Position numbers and translations under genes: made by a program. A stretch of 64,000 nt of DNA from an uncultured delta proteobacterium (GTDB lineage: Bacteria > Myxococcota_A > Polyangia > Palsa-1104). Positions within the stretch are counted from its first letter, which is position 1. Every line of letters begins with the position of its first letter. Below the pieces are notes generated by a model. That model saw only the letters and a program-made list of their open reading frames with translations. It ran no database searches and was not told the origin of the DNA. Of the stretch, positions 9,109-17,998 are shown piece after piece. The DNA lies in contig CAWAWS010000015.1 of the NCBI GenBank assembly GCA_963785725.1, positions 64,001-128,000 of the forward strand, in the 5' to 3' direction.

Positions 9109-9819
9109 ATGATCTCGCGCTGCGATGTCTGTCTCGTCGGCACGTCCCAAGCGGAAAATTTGGGCGCCGTCGCGCGGCTGCTCGACAACTTCGCGGCGCC
9201 GTCGTGGACGCTGGTCGGGTCGCGCGTCGCCGCCGACGACGTGCGCGCCCAGGTCGTGGCCCGCGCGGCGCGGGAGCGGCTGGCCGCGGCGCGCCGCACC
9301 GACGAGCTGGCCGAAGCCGTCGCCGACTGCGCCTATGTCGTCGGCTTCTCGGCGCGGCGCGGCGGCGATCGTCCGCTCGTCGGGCTGCGGCAGCTGCCGG
9401 CGCTGTTGGCCGAGCGCGCGCCGGCGGGGCGCGTGGCGCTGGTGTTCGGCCCGGAAGACAGCGGCCTCGCGAGCGCGCACATCGATCGGTGTGACGCGGT
9501 CGCCGTCATCGACACGCCGGGGCCGCTGCCGTCGCTGAATTTGGCGCAAGCGGTGGCCGTCGCGCTGTGGGAGCTCGGCCGCGTCGGTGACGAAGTCGCG
9601 CCGGCGCGTGGCGGCGCGACGCACGCCGAGCTGGAGGCGCTCGTCGACCACGCGCTCCGTGCGCTCGACCGCTTCGGCCACTTCCGCAGCGACGACGAGC
9701 GCGCCCGCGGTCGCGTCCATTGGCGCCGCACGCTCGCCGACGCCGCTCTGCGCAGCGACGACATTCGCGCCTTACACCGCCTGTGCGACAGCATCGCCCG
9801 CAACCCGCCGCGCGACTAA
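9109..9819 (+). CDS. SPOUT RNA methyltransferase, TrmJ/LasT family
   Basis: ENLGAVAR, ALVFGPEDSGL and SLNLAQAV motifs. Confidence 0.88.
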   Translation: MISRCDVCLVGTSQAENLGAVARLLDNFAAPSWTLVGSRVAADDVRAQVVARAARERLAAARRTDELAEAVADCAYVVGFSARRGGDRPLVGLRQLPALLAERAPAGRVALVFGPEDSGLASAHIDRCDAVAVIDTPGPLPSLNLAQAVAVALWELGRVGDEVAPARGGATHAELEALVDHALRALDRFGHFRSDDERARGRVHWRRTLADAALRSDDIRALHRLCDSIARNPPRD

Positions 9820-10085
9820 ACAAGCTGAAATAAAGATGTTGAGACGACCGGCCGAGGTCGACGGCGTGCCAGGCGTCGTCAGCGGCGGCCGTGCGACGTC
9901 GCGGGCAGCCCCGTGCAAAAAGTGAACGAACCGGCGATCGGCTGGTCGCCGACGCGGTGAAGGACGACCGCGTCGGTCGGGTAATCACCCGTCACCGTCG
10001 CTGCAAGTGTCAGACAAAAGGTGCGAATCTTGACATGTGGACACCCGTGCGCAGACCTATCACGAGGGAGCTGGGTCAGGAGCGT

Positions 10086-10472
10086 ATGAGCCAAGCGACG
10101 ATCATGCTGGTCGATGACGATGTTCTGTTGCGCACCTCGTGCGCGACGCTGCTCGAAGCGCGCGGCCACACCGTCATCCAGGCGAGCGACGGCGCCGAGG
10201 CGCTGAGCCAGCTCGTCGACGCGGGCACGCGGCCGGAGCTGCTCGTCGTCGACCTGGAGATGCCGCGCATGGGCGGCTGGGAGCTGCTGGCGATCCTGCG
10301 CGGCGCGGCCGATCGGCGCTTGGTCGAGCTGCCGGTGATGATCGTGTCCGGCCTCGACGTGAGCGCCGAGGCGCGGGCCGTCTACCCGTCGCTGCGCAAA
10401 CCGGTGCCGCCCGAGCGTTTGCTGGAGACGATCGGACAGCTGCTGGCCGTGGCGCGGCCCAGTTTCGGCTGA
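10086..10472 (+). CDS. Single-domain response regulator
   Basis: MLVDDD, DLEMPRMGG and LRKP motifs; AGGAG RBS. Confidence 0.9.
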   Translation: MSQATIMLVDDDVLLRTSCATLLEARGHTVIQASDGAEALSQLVDAGTRPELLVVDLEMPRMGGWELLAILRGAADRRLVELPVMIVSGLDVSAEARAVYPSLRKPVPPERLLETIGQLLAVARPSFG

Positions 10473-10479
10473 CCCGCTC

Positions 10480-10507
10480 TTGAGCAACGGCTGCGCGATA
10501 CTATATT
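10480..10507 (+). promoter_or_regulatory. Possible sigma70 promoter for the Zn-ribbon gene
   Basis: TTGAGC-N16-TATATT. Confidence 0.3.
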
Positions 10508-10524
10508 GAGGCTAGGTATTTCGC

Positions 10525-10707
10525 GTGAAGCTCATTCGCTGCAGCAGCTGCCGCTATTCCTTCGAGCGCGTCGACGACGACGCGCGCCGCGAGTGTCCGC
10601 AATGCGGCGCCGTCTTGGCCGCGGGCGAGCCCGAGCCGCCCACCGAAGCGCTGGAAGACCGCAAGACGCGTAAAATCCACATCATCCCGAAGCTGAAGGA
10701 CGAGTAG
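10525..10707 (+). CDS. Small zinc-ribbon protein (60 aa)
   Basis: CSSC and CPQC pairs; fills the gap between neighbouring genes. Confidence 0.65.
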   Translation: MKLIRCSSCRYSFERVDDDARRECPQCGAVLAAGEPEPPTEALEDRKTRKIHIIPKLKDE

Positions 10708-10716
10708 CGCTCGTCG

Positions 10717-11271
10717 TCATCGGGCGGACAGGAGCGCGACGACGTCGGCGTGGCCGTTCTCGCGCGCCATGTCGAGCGCGGTGCGGCCGTCGTCCGAGCG
10801 CTGCGCCGGGTCGGCGCCGTGACGCAAGAGCAGCTTCGTCATCTCCATGTCGCCGTGCGCCGCGCGCGCTTGCAGCGGCGTGTAGCCGCCGGCTTGGCGC
10901 GCGTTGGCGTCGGCGCCGGCGTCGAGCAGGAGCGCGATGAGCTCGGGCCCGCCGCGCGCCGCCGCCGAATGCAGCGGCTGCACCTGCAGCGGATTGCGGC
11001 TGGGCGCGTTGACGTCGGCGCCGCGGTCGATGAGCACCTTCGCCGCCGCCGTGTGGCCGAAGAAGGCCGCCAACTGCAGCGCGGTGAAGCCGTCGGCCGC
11101 GAACCAGCCGACGCACGCCGGCTCTTCCGTCGTCAGCTGCGTCAGCCGCTCGGTGCGCCCGAGCGCCGCCGCTTCGAACAGGTCGAGCGTCGCGCGTCCC
11201 GCCGCCAGCTTCTCGGCCGCTGCCGGATCGCCGCGATACATGGCCTCCAAGATGTCGCTCAGCTGCGTCAT
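10717..11271 (-). CDS. Ankyrin-repeat protein
   Basis: GFTALQLAA...GADVN, PLHSAA...GADAN, GYTPL and GRTALD motifs. Confidence 0.92.
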   Translation of the reverse strand: MTQLSDILEAMYRGDPAAAEKLAAGRATLDLFEAAALGRTERLTQLTTEEPACVGWFAADGFTALQLAAFFGHTAAAKVLIDRGADVNAPSRNPLQVQPLHSAAARGGPELIALLLDAGADANARQAGGYTPLQARAAHGDMEMTKLLLRHGADPAQRSDDGRTALDMARENGHADVVALLSAR

Positions 11272-11291
11272 GTCGTGTCCTTTACGATCGC

Positions 11292-14200
11292 CTACTGCGC
11301 CGTCCGCTTCAAGACGCGCGACACCTCGTTCAAGAGATCGCTCGTGCTGCTCGATCCTTTGGCGATGACGGCGGCGACGTCGCGGTTGAGGCGCGCGCGC
11401 TCGTCGGCCTCGAGGGCTTGGCCGGTCACGAGCAGGATGGGCAAGGCGCGCGTGCGATCGTCGGCGCGCAGCCGCGTCACCACTTCGACGCCCGACAGAT
11501 CGGGCATGACCAAGTCGAGGAGCACGAGATCGAAGGGCTCGGACAAGGCCGCGGCCAGGCCACGCTGACCGCTCGGCTCGGTGCGCACGATGAAGCCATG
11601 CGGCTCCAGCGTCGCGCGCACGAGGTCGAGCTGGGCCGGATCGTCGTCGATGGCGAGCACCGAGACGCGGCTCGTGCGCGCTCGCTGCGTGAAGCGGCGG
11701 CGGGTGAGCGCGTCCAAGAGATCGTCGCGGCTCACCGGCTTGACGAGGTGCTCGATGGCGCCGAGGCTGAAGGCTTTGGCGCGATCGCTCGAGATCGTCA
11801 CCATGACGACGGGGATCGTCGCCGTCGCCGGCTCGCTCTTGAGCAGCTTTAGGACATCCCAGCCGTCGACGGTCGGCAGAAAGACGTCGAGCGTGATGAC
11901 GTCGGGGCGGCGGTGGCGCGCTTCGGCCAGCGCCTGGTCGCCGGTGCGTACGGCGATCGTCTGGTAGCCGCTCGACTGCAGCGCCAGCACGATCAGCTCC
12001 TGCGCCGGCAGGTCGTCCTCGACCACGAGCACGACCGGCGCGCGCGGCGACGGCGACGGCGCCGCCGGGCCGAGCTCGGGCAGGGCGTGCAGCGGCAGGT
12101 CGACGAAGAAGTCCGAGCCGTGGCCGGGCTTGCTGTCGACGCCGATGTGACCATCCATGAGCTCGACGAACTGCTTCGACAGCGCCAAGCCGAGACCGGT
12201 GCCGCCGCGCTCTTTGCCGTTGGCGAGCTGCGTAAAAGGGGTGAACAGGCGGGCGATGTCGGCCTGGTCGAGGCCGCTGCCGCTGTCGCGCACGGTGATG
12301 CGCAGATAGCCCGCGCGCGGCGACAAGGCGCAGCTGACGCGCACGCGTCCGCCCGGCGGCGAGAACTTGATGGCGTTCGACAACAGGTTATAGAGCACCT
12401 GCTTGAAGCGCGCGGCGTCGGCGCTCACCGGCGGCAGCGACGTGCCCTGCGGCTGCGGCTCGAGCGCGACCTCGACGTTGCGCGCCTGCGCCAGCGGCAA
12501 CAAGGTCACGATCGCCTCGGCGGCGACGGTTCGCGGCGCGCACGGCTGCCGCACGACCTCGAAGCGACCGGCCTCCACCTTCGACAGGTCGAGCAGATCG
12601 TTGATGAGCCCGAGCAGATGGCGCCCGCTTTGATGGACGTTGTGCGTATAACGCGACTGCTTCTCGTTCAGCTCGCCGAACTTGCCGTCGATGAGCACCT
12701 CGGAGAAGCCGATGATCGAGTTGAGCGGCGTGCGCAGCTCGTGCGACATCATGGCCAAGAAGTCCGACTTCGTGCGGCCGGCGCGCACCAGCTCTTCGTT
12801 GCGCAGCGTCAACAAGCGGTTGAGCTCGACGCGCTCGGCCTCGGTGCGCTTGCGGTCGGTCATGTCGCGGGCGACGGCGTAGATGACGCCCGCCGCCGGA
12901 TCGGGCGCCGACGACCACAAGAGGTCGCGATAGCTGCCGTCTTTGCAGCGATAGCGGTTCTCGAAGTGGCTGACGGACTCGCCTTTGGCCTGTCGCGCCA
13001 GCTGATCGAGCGTCGCCTGGCGATCGTCGGGATGGACGAACTCGAGCATCGGCTTGGCCAGCAGCTCCGCTTCGGAGTGGCCGAGGATGCTGAAGGCGGG
13101 ATTGAGCCGCTTGAAGTACCCGTCGAAGCCGGCGATGCACAACAGATCGAGCGACAGCGAGAAGAAGCGGCCCGGCTGCTCGGCGCGCTTCTGCTCGTCG
13201 ACGTCGGTGGTCGTGCCGATCCATTCGCGCACCTGGCCGTCGTCGCCGAAGAGCGGCACGGCGCGGGCGATGAAGTAGCGATAGCCGCCCGAGGCGGCGT
13301 GCCACAAGCGGCCTTCGAGCTCGTAGAAGGTGCGCGCGGCGTGGCCGTCACGCACCTCCGAGACGATGCGCGCTCGGTCCTCGACCGGCATCGCCAGAAG
13401 CCAGCCGAAGCCGAAATATTCGTCGTAGGACTGGCCGGTGTAGGCTTGCCACGACGGCTGCGGCGTCACGAAGCGACCGTCGGGCGAGAGCGTCCACACC
13501 ACCGAGGACGTCGCGGCCACGAGCGAGCGATAGCGCTCCTCGCTCATCGCCAGCGCGGCCAGCGCCTCTTGCCGTTCGGTGACGTCGTTGGCGACGATGA
13601 GGTGCGCCGAGCGGCCGGCGAAGAGGGTGTGCTGCAGCTGCAGCTCGACCCAAATGGGGCTGCCGTCCTTCTTGCGATGGCGCCAGCGACCGATGTTGTT
13701 GGGGACGTTCTCGTCTTTGAGGCGGTGGTCTTCGGCGGCGAGCTTGGGCAGATCCTCGGCGAAGCGGATCTGCTCGATGGTCATGCCGAGCAGCTCGTCC
13801 TCGGAGTAGCCGTAGGTCTCGATGACGGCGCGATTGACCGCCAAGAACCGGTGCGTCGCGCGATCGTAGACCCACATCGGCGCCGGGCTGTTGTCGAACA
13901 GCATGCGATAGCGCGCCTCGGAGTTGCGCGCCAGCGTCCGCTGCTCGTCGACGGAGCGCTGCTGCGCGGCCAAGAACTCCTCGCCCACGATCTGCATCGA
14001 GCGGTCGACGAGCTTCTGCAAGGCGTCGAGCGCGCGCGTGGCGCGGTCGGGCTCGGCGCCGTATTCGTGCAACAGGCGCGGCACGAGCTGGCGCTGAAAG
14101 GCGCGCATGAGCTCGAGCCAGACGCCGAAGGCGGCGCCGCGCTCGGCGTAGCCGCGGCCCTGTTCGCGCAAGCGCGCTTCGTAGCCGTACCAGTTGCCGT

Positions 14201-14408
14201 CGAGCGCCGCGGCCAAGTCGGCGACGCTGTCGCGGGCCAGCTCGTCGAGGCTGCGGCCGATGATGAGCGGCGCGAAGATCGGATGGGCGGCGACCACTTC
14301 CATCGTCGCCCGCATGATGGCGTTGCAGTCGACTTCGTAGACGCGCCACAGGTCGTCGAGGCTGCCGCTCTCGGCGCCGATCCAGCTGCTGCCGCCATCC
14401 TTGGCCAT
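11292..14408 (-). CDS. Hybrid sensor histidine kinase: globin-like N domain, 3 PAS/PAC, HisKA, HATPase, 2 REC
   Basis: MSHELRTPL, NLLSNAIKF and GTGLGL motifs; three PAC ends (DVTER, DVDEQ, DMTDR); two receivers. Confidence 0.92.
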   Translation of the reverse strand: MAKDGGSSWIGAESGSLDDLWRVYEVDCNAIMRATMEVVAAHPIFAPLIIGRSLDELARDSVADLAAALDGNWYGYEARLREQGRGYAERGAAFGVWLELMRAFQRQLVPRLLHEYGAEPDRATRALDALQKLVDRSMQIVGEEFLAAQQRSVDEQRTLARNSEARYRMLFDNSPAPMWVYDRATHRFLAVNRAVIETYGYSEDELLGMTIEQIRFAEDLPKLAAEDHRLKDENVPNNIGRWRHRKKDGSPIWVELQLQHTLFAGRSAHLIVANDVTERQEALAALAMSEERYRSLVAATSSVVWTLSPDGRFVTPQPSWQAYTGQSYDEYFGFGWLLAMPVEDRARIVSEVRDGHAARTFYELEGRLWHAASGGYRYFIARAVPLFGDDGQVREWIGTTTDVDEQKRAEQPGRFFSLSLDLLCIAGFDGYFKRLNPAFSILGHSEAELLAKPMLEFVHPDDRQATLDQLARQAKGESVSHFENRYRCKDGSYRDLLWSSAPDPAAGVIYAVARDMTDRKRTEAERVELNRLLTLRNEELVRAGRTKSDFLAMMSHELRTPLNSIIGFSEVLIDGKFGELNEKQSRYTHNVHQSGRHLLGLINDLLDLSKVEAGRFEVVRQPCAPRTVAAEAIVTLLPLAQARNVEVALEPQPQGTSLPPVSADAARFKQVLYNLLSNAIKFSPPGGRVRVSCALSPRAGYLRITVRDSGSGLDQADIARLFTPFTQLANGKERGGTGLGLALSKQFVELMDGHIGVDSKPGHGSDFFVDLPLHALPELGPAAPSPSPRAPVVLVVEDDLPAQELIVLALQSSGYQTIAVRTGDQALAEARHRRPDVITLDVFLPTVDGWDVLKLLKSEPATATIPVVMVTISSDRAKAFSLGAIEHLVKPVSRDDLLDALTRRRFTQRARTSRVSVLAIDDDPAQLDLVRATLEPHGFIVRTEPSGQRGLAAALSEPFDLVLLDLVMPDLSGVEVVTRLRADDRTRALPILLVTGQALEADERARLNRDVAAVIAKGSSSTSDLLNEVSRVLKRTAQ

Positions 14409-14426
14409 GGCGGCGTCCGCCTTTCC

Positions 14427-15509
14427 CTATGCCGGGACTTCCAATGCGAAGACCGTCGGCAAGTCCCCAGTTTCTTCCACCCACATCCTGCCACCATGCG
14501 CTTCGGCAGCCAAGCGGCAGAAATATAGACCGAGACCGAGGTTCATGCGACCGACGGCTTCGCCGGCCTGGCCGAATTTCTCGAAGATGCGCGCGCGCGC
14601 GGCGAGCGGAATGGCCGGCCCCGAGTTGCCGACGCGCAGCTGCATGGCGTTGGGGACGACGGTCGCGCGCACGGCGATTTGGCCACCCGACGGCACGTAG
14701 CGGAGCGCGTTGTCGACGACGTTCTCGACGACGCGGCTCATGAGCTCGAAGTCGGCGTTGACCTCGGCGTCGGCGGCGATGAAGCGGGTGACGGCGATGT
14801 TGCGCGCCTCGGCGACGTGGGCGCGCTGGCGCAGGATGGGATCGACGAGCGCCGACACCGGCGTGCGCGAGCGGCGCGGCTGCAGCCGCCCCGACTCCAT
14901 CTTCGTCACGTCGAGCAAGTTGGCGAGCAGCCGCAGCGCGCGCTGGCCCGCCGATTTCGTGTCGCGCAGGGCGTCCATCGTGTCGCTCGAGAGGCCCGGA
15001 TCTTCGGTCGCGAACGTGACGTTGGCGAGCATGACCGTCAGCGGGTTCTTCAGATCGTGGACGATGAGCGCCGCCATCTCGTCGCGAAAGCGCTCGAGCT
15101 CGACCAGCTCGACGTTGCGCTGCACCAGCGCCGCCTCTTTGCCGCGCAGCCGGAGCAGGTTGCCGATGCGAATGAGCAGCTCGTGGCGATCGACCGGCTT
15201 GGTCAGGAACTCGTCGGCGCCGGCGCGCAGGCCGGCGATGCGCGAGCCGTGATCGTTGAGCGCCGTCACCAAAATCACCGGCAAATACTGATCGCGGCGC
15301 TCGGCCTTCAGCTTCTCGGCGGTCTCGAAGCCGCTGATGCCCGGCAGCATGACGTCGAGCAGAACGAGGTCGGGCTTGACCTCGGGCGCCATCTCCAGCG
15401 CCGCTTCGCCCGAGGCCGCGTTGAACAGCTGATGGCCGCAACCCTCGAGGTAGGCATGCAGCAGCTCGATGTTGATGGGCTCATCGTCGACGATGAGGAT
15501 GGTCGCCAT
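14427..15509 (-). CDS. REC-histidine kinase hybrid
   Basis: IVDDE...LDVMLP...KP receiver; VHDLKNPL, NVVDNALRY and GLGL motifs. Confidence 0.92.
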   Translation of the reverse strand: MATILIVDDEPINIELLHAYLEGCGHQLFNAASGEAALEMAPEVKPDLVLLDVMLPGISGFETAEKLKAERRDQYLPVILVTALNDHGSRIAGLRAGADEFLTKPVDRHELLIRIGNLLRLRGKEAALVQRNVELVELERFRDEMAALIVHDLKNPLTVMLANVTFATEDPGLSSDTMDALRDTKSAGQRALRLLANLLDVTKMESGRLQPRRSRTPVSALVDPILRQRAHVAEARNIAVTRFIAADAEVNADFELMSRVVENVVDNALRYVPSGGQIAVRATVVPNAMQLRVGNSGPAIPLAARARIFEKFGQAGEAVGRMNLGLGLYFCRLAAEAHGGRMWVEETGDLPTVFALEVPA

Positions 15510-15510
15510 A

Positions 15511-15930
15511 TTAGTGTTTCGTCCCTCCGCAGGCGTGCTTCTCGACTTCGGCGACGAACGTGCGGGTGTCGATCGGTTTGGTGATGATGGCGTCGAAGCC
15601 GGCGGCGTTGAAGCGCGCGATGTCCGGCGCCAGCGCCTGCGCGGTGACGGCCAGCACCGGCTTTAGGCGCATGTGCTTCATGCAACGCAGCTCGGCCAGC
15701 AGCGACACGCCGTCGCAGCCGGGCAGGAGCACGTCGAGCAGCACGACGTCGGGATCTTCGCCGTTGGCCATGCGTCGGCGCAGCTGCTCGCCGTCCTCGA
15801 CGATGTCGACGCGATGGCCGGCCAAGGCCAGCAGATCGCCGATGAGCTCCTGGTTCAAGCGATTGTCCTCGACGAGCAGAATCCGGAGCCCAGTATCTCT
15901 CGCCACCGCGCCCTGTGCCATCTTCCTCAC
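15511..15930 (-). CDS. Single-domain response regulator (DivK-like)
   Basis: LVEDN, LDVLLP, VTA and TKPID motifs; start may be 15921. Confidence 0.9.
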   Translation of the reverse strand: MRKMAQGAVARDTGLRILLVEDNRLNQELIGDLLALAGHRVDIVEDGEQLRRRMANGEDPDVVLLDVLLPGCDGVSLLAELRCMKHMRLKPVLAVTAQALAPDIARFNAAGFDAIITKPIDTRTFVAEVEKHACGGTKH

Positions 15931-16051
15931 ACCGCTCCCAGGATCAGTTTACACCATCGAGTCTAGGTTGGAACTACGTTGGCGACGGGACTTCTGGGTG
16001 CGGCGAATTGTCGCAGGTAGGGTTTTGTGGCAGATATTGCGAAGTTGCGCC

Positions 16052-16924
16052 TCAGAAGCCGCGATCGCGGAGCAGCCGCAATAACTCCTCATATAAGGAC
16101 AGCGCGTCGAAGCTGCCGCGAGTCCAGCCGATTTGCGCCCAATGATCGGCCTCGATCTCGCGCCACACTTCGCCCCACGCCTGCGAGACGGTCGGCACCA
16201 TGCCGTCGTTGGGACCGATGCGCTGCGACAGATAGGCGTGCGTCGGCCACAAGAGCGGATGCGCGCGCGGTCGATCGATGCGCGCGATGACGCTGGCGTA
16301 GGTGACGCCGGCGACGTTGGCGATCTCGCTGTTGAACCGCGACATCTGCAGCGTGCCCAAGTCGTGGAAGCCATCGAGGCTGAGGCGACCGAAGAGCGGC
16401 TTGAGCTTCAACATGTTGCTCAGCTTGCCGCCGAGATCGGCGACCGGCGTGCCGAGGTGCGGCGTGCCGACGGTGACGAGCGCGGCGACGCGATCGGCGA
16501 GGCCGAGCTTGGCGATGGCATAGCGCGCGTCGAGGCCGCCCATCGAGTGCGCGATGATGTTGATCTTGGTGTCGCCGGGAATCAGGCGCACGACCCGGGC
16601 CAGCTCCTCGGCGCGCACGGCGATGTTGGCGGCGGCCGAGACGCGCGGCCGATGCACCTCGGCGCCGACGCGGATGAGGTGGTCGCGCACACCGCGAAAG
16701 TACGAGTGGTCGCGGCCGCCGATGACGATGCAATCGAAGCCGAAGATGCCGTGTGCGAGCACGACCGGATGGTGCAGCTTGGCCGGACGCGGCTTGCGCC
16801 GCACCCGCGACGGTAAGATGGGCAGCGCGCGCTTCCGGTCGAGCCGGCGGCGGCGAAGCCAGAAGAAGGAGGCGACGGCCGCAATGAGGGCGACGGCGCA
16901 CAGAGCGGCCACGAGCCAGATCAC
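16052..16924 (-). CDS. Lipase/esterase (alpha/beta hydrolase) with N-terminal membrane anchor
   Basis: PVVLAHG, AHSMGGLDAR, GTPHLGT, NDGMV and ADH motifs. Confidence 0.9.
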   Translation of the reverse strand: MIWLVAALCAVALIAAVASFFWLRRRRLDRKRALPILPSRVRRKPRPAKLHHPVVLAHGIFGFDCIVIGGRDHSYFRGVRDHLIRVGAEVHRPRVSAAANIAVRAEELARVVRLIPGDTKINIIAHSMGGLDARYAIAKLGLADRVAALVTVGTPHLGTPVADLGGKLSNMLKLKPLFGRLSLDGFHDLGTLQMSRFNSEIANVAGVTYASVIARIDRPRAHPLLWPTHAYLSQRIGPNDGMVPTVSQAWGEVWREIEADHWAQIGWTRGSFDALSLYEELLRLLRDRGF

Positions 16925-17020
16925 GGCGCTAGCATAGCAGCGAGCCGGCGGTTCCGAAGCCCATACCCGAAGACGACAAACGCCTCGACAGCGCGGCGGC
17001 GATTGCCGATGCTAGCGCGC

Positions 17021-17908
17021 ATGAGCGTTGAGCGCGTCATCGAGCCACGCATGCGTGACATCGACGGGCTGCCCGTGCGGCGCGTGTTGCCTTCGCCGGC
17101 GCATCGCATGGTCGGGCCGTTCATCTTCTTCGATCACTTCGGCCCGACGAAGCTGTCGCCTGGCCACGGCATGCAGGTGCGGCCGCATCCGCACATCAGC
17201 TTGGCGACGGTGACCTACCTCTTCGACGGCGAGATCGTTCATCGCGACAGCCTCGGCTCCGAGGTGTCGATCCTGCCGGGCGCGATCAACTGGATGACGG
17301 CCGGGCGCGGCATCTCGCATTCGGAGCGCACGCGCCACATCATGGAGGACGCGAACGTCCTCTTGCACGGCCTGCAGCTGTGGGTGGCGCTGCCGACGGC
17401 GCACGAAGAGGTCGCGCCCGACTTCCATCACCACGACGCGGCGGCGCTGCCCGAGATTCGCGCGACGGACCTGACGCTGCGCGTGTTGGCGGGCACGGCG
17501 TACGGCGCGACGTCGCCGGTGCACACGTGGTCGCCGCTGTTCTACGTCGACGCCAGCTTGGACGCGGACGCGACGTTGACGCTGCCGAGCGACAGCGAAT
17601 ATGCCGAGCGCGCGGCCTATCTCGTCGAAGGCGTCATCGAGCACGACGGCGAGCGCTACGAGGCCGGCCGCATGCTCGTCTTCGGGCCCGGCGCGGTCGA
17701 GCTGCGCGCGATCGAGCCGCTGCCGGCGCGCTTGGTCGTGCTCGGCGGCGCGCCGCTCGACGGACCGCGGCACATCTGGTGGAACTTCGTGTCCAGCTCG
17801 GAGGCGCGCATCGAGCAGGCCAAGCGCGACTGGCGCGACGCGCGGCAAGCGCACTTCGGCACCGTCATCCACGACGAGCGCGAGCACATTCCCCTACCCG
17901 AAGATTAG
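17021..17908 (+). CDS. Pirin family protein
   Basis: GPFIFFDH, PHPHI, WMTAGRGISHSE, LQLWVALP and WNFVSS motifs. Confidence 0.95.
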   Translation: MSVERVIEPRMRDIDGLPVRRVLPSPAHRMVGPFIFFDHFGPTKLSPGHGMQVRPHPHISLATVTYLFDGEIVHRDSLGSEVSILPGAINWMTAGRGISHSERTRHIMEDANVLLHGLQLWVALPTAHEEVAPDFHHHDAAALPEIRATDLTLRVLAGTAYGATSPVHTWSPLFYVDASLDADATLTLPSDSEYAERAAYLVEGVIEHDGERYEAGRMLVFGPGAVELRAIEPLPARLVVLGGAPLDGPRHIWWNFVSSSEARIEQAKRDWRDARQAHFGTVIHDEREHIPLPED

Positions 17909-17998
17909 GCGTCTCCGATCGTTCCGCGTCGCCTGCTCATGTTTCACGGGGCGCGGTCGATGTCCCAATAGGCCACTTGACCGGCCGCGGGGACACGC

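Noticed and set aside
11913..14528. 871-aa plus-strand ORF, and similar long ORFs at 22902-25634, 47054-49897 and 53328-55304
   Set aside because: Antisense or off-frame shadows of well-supported genes, expected in high-GC DNA
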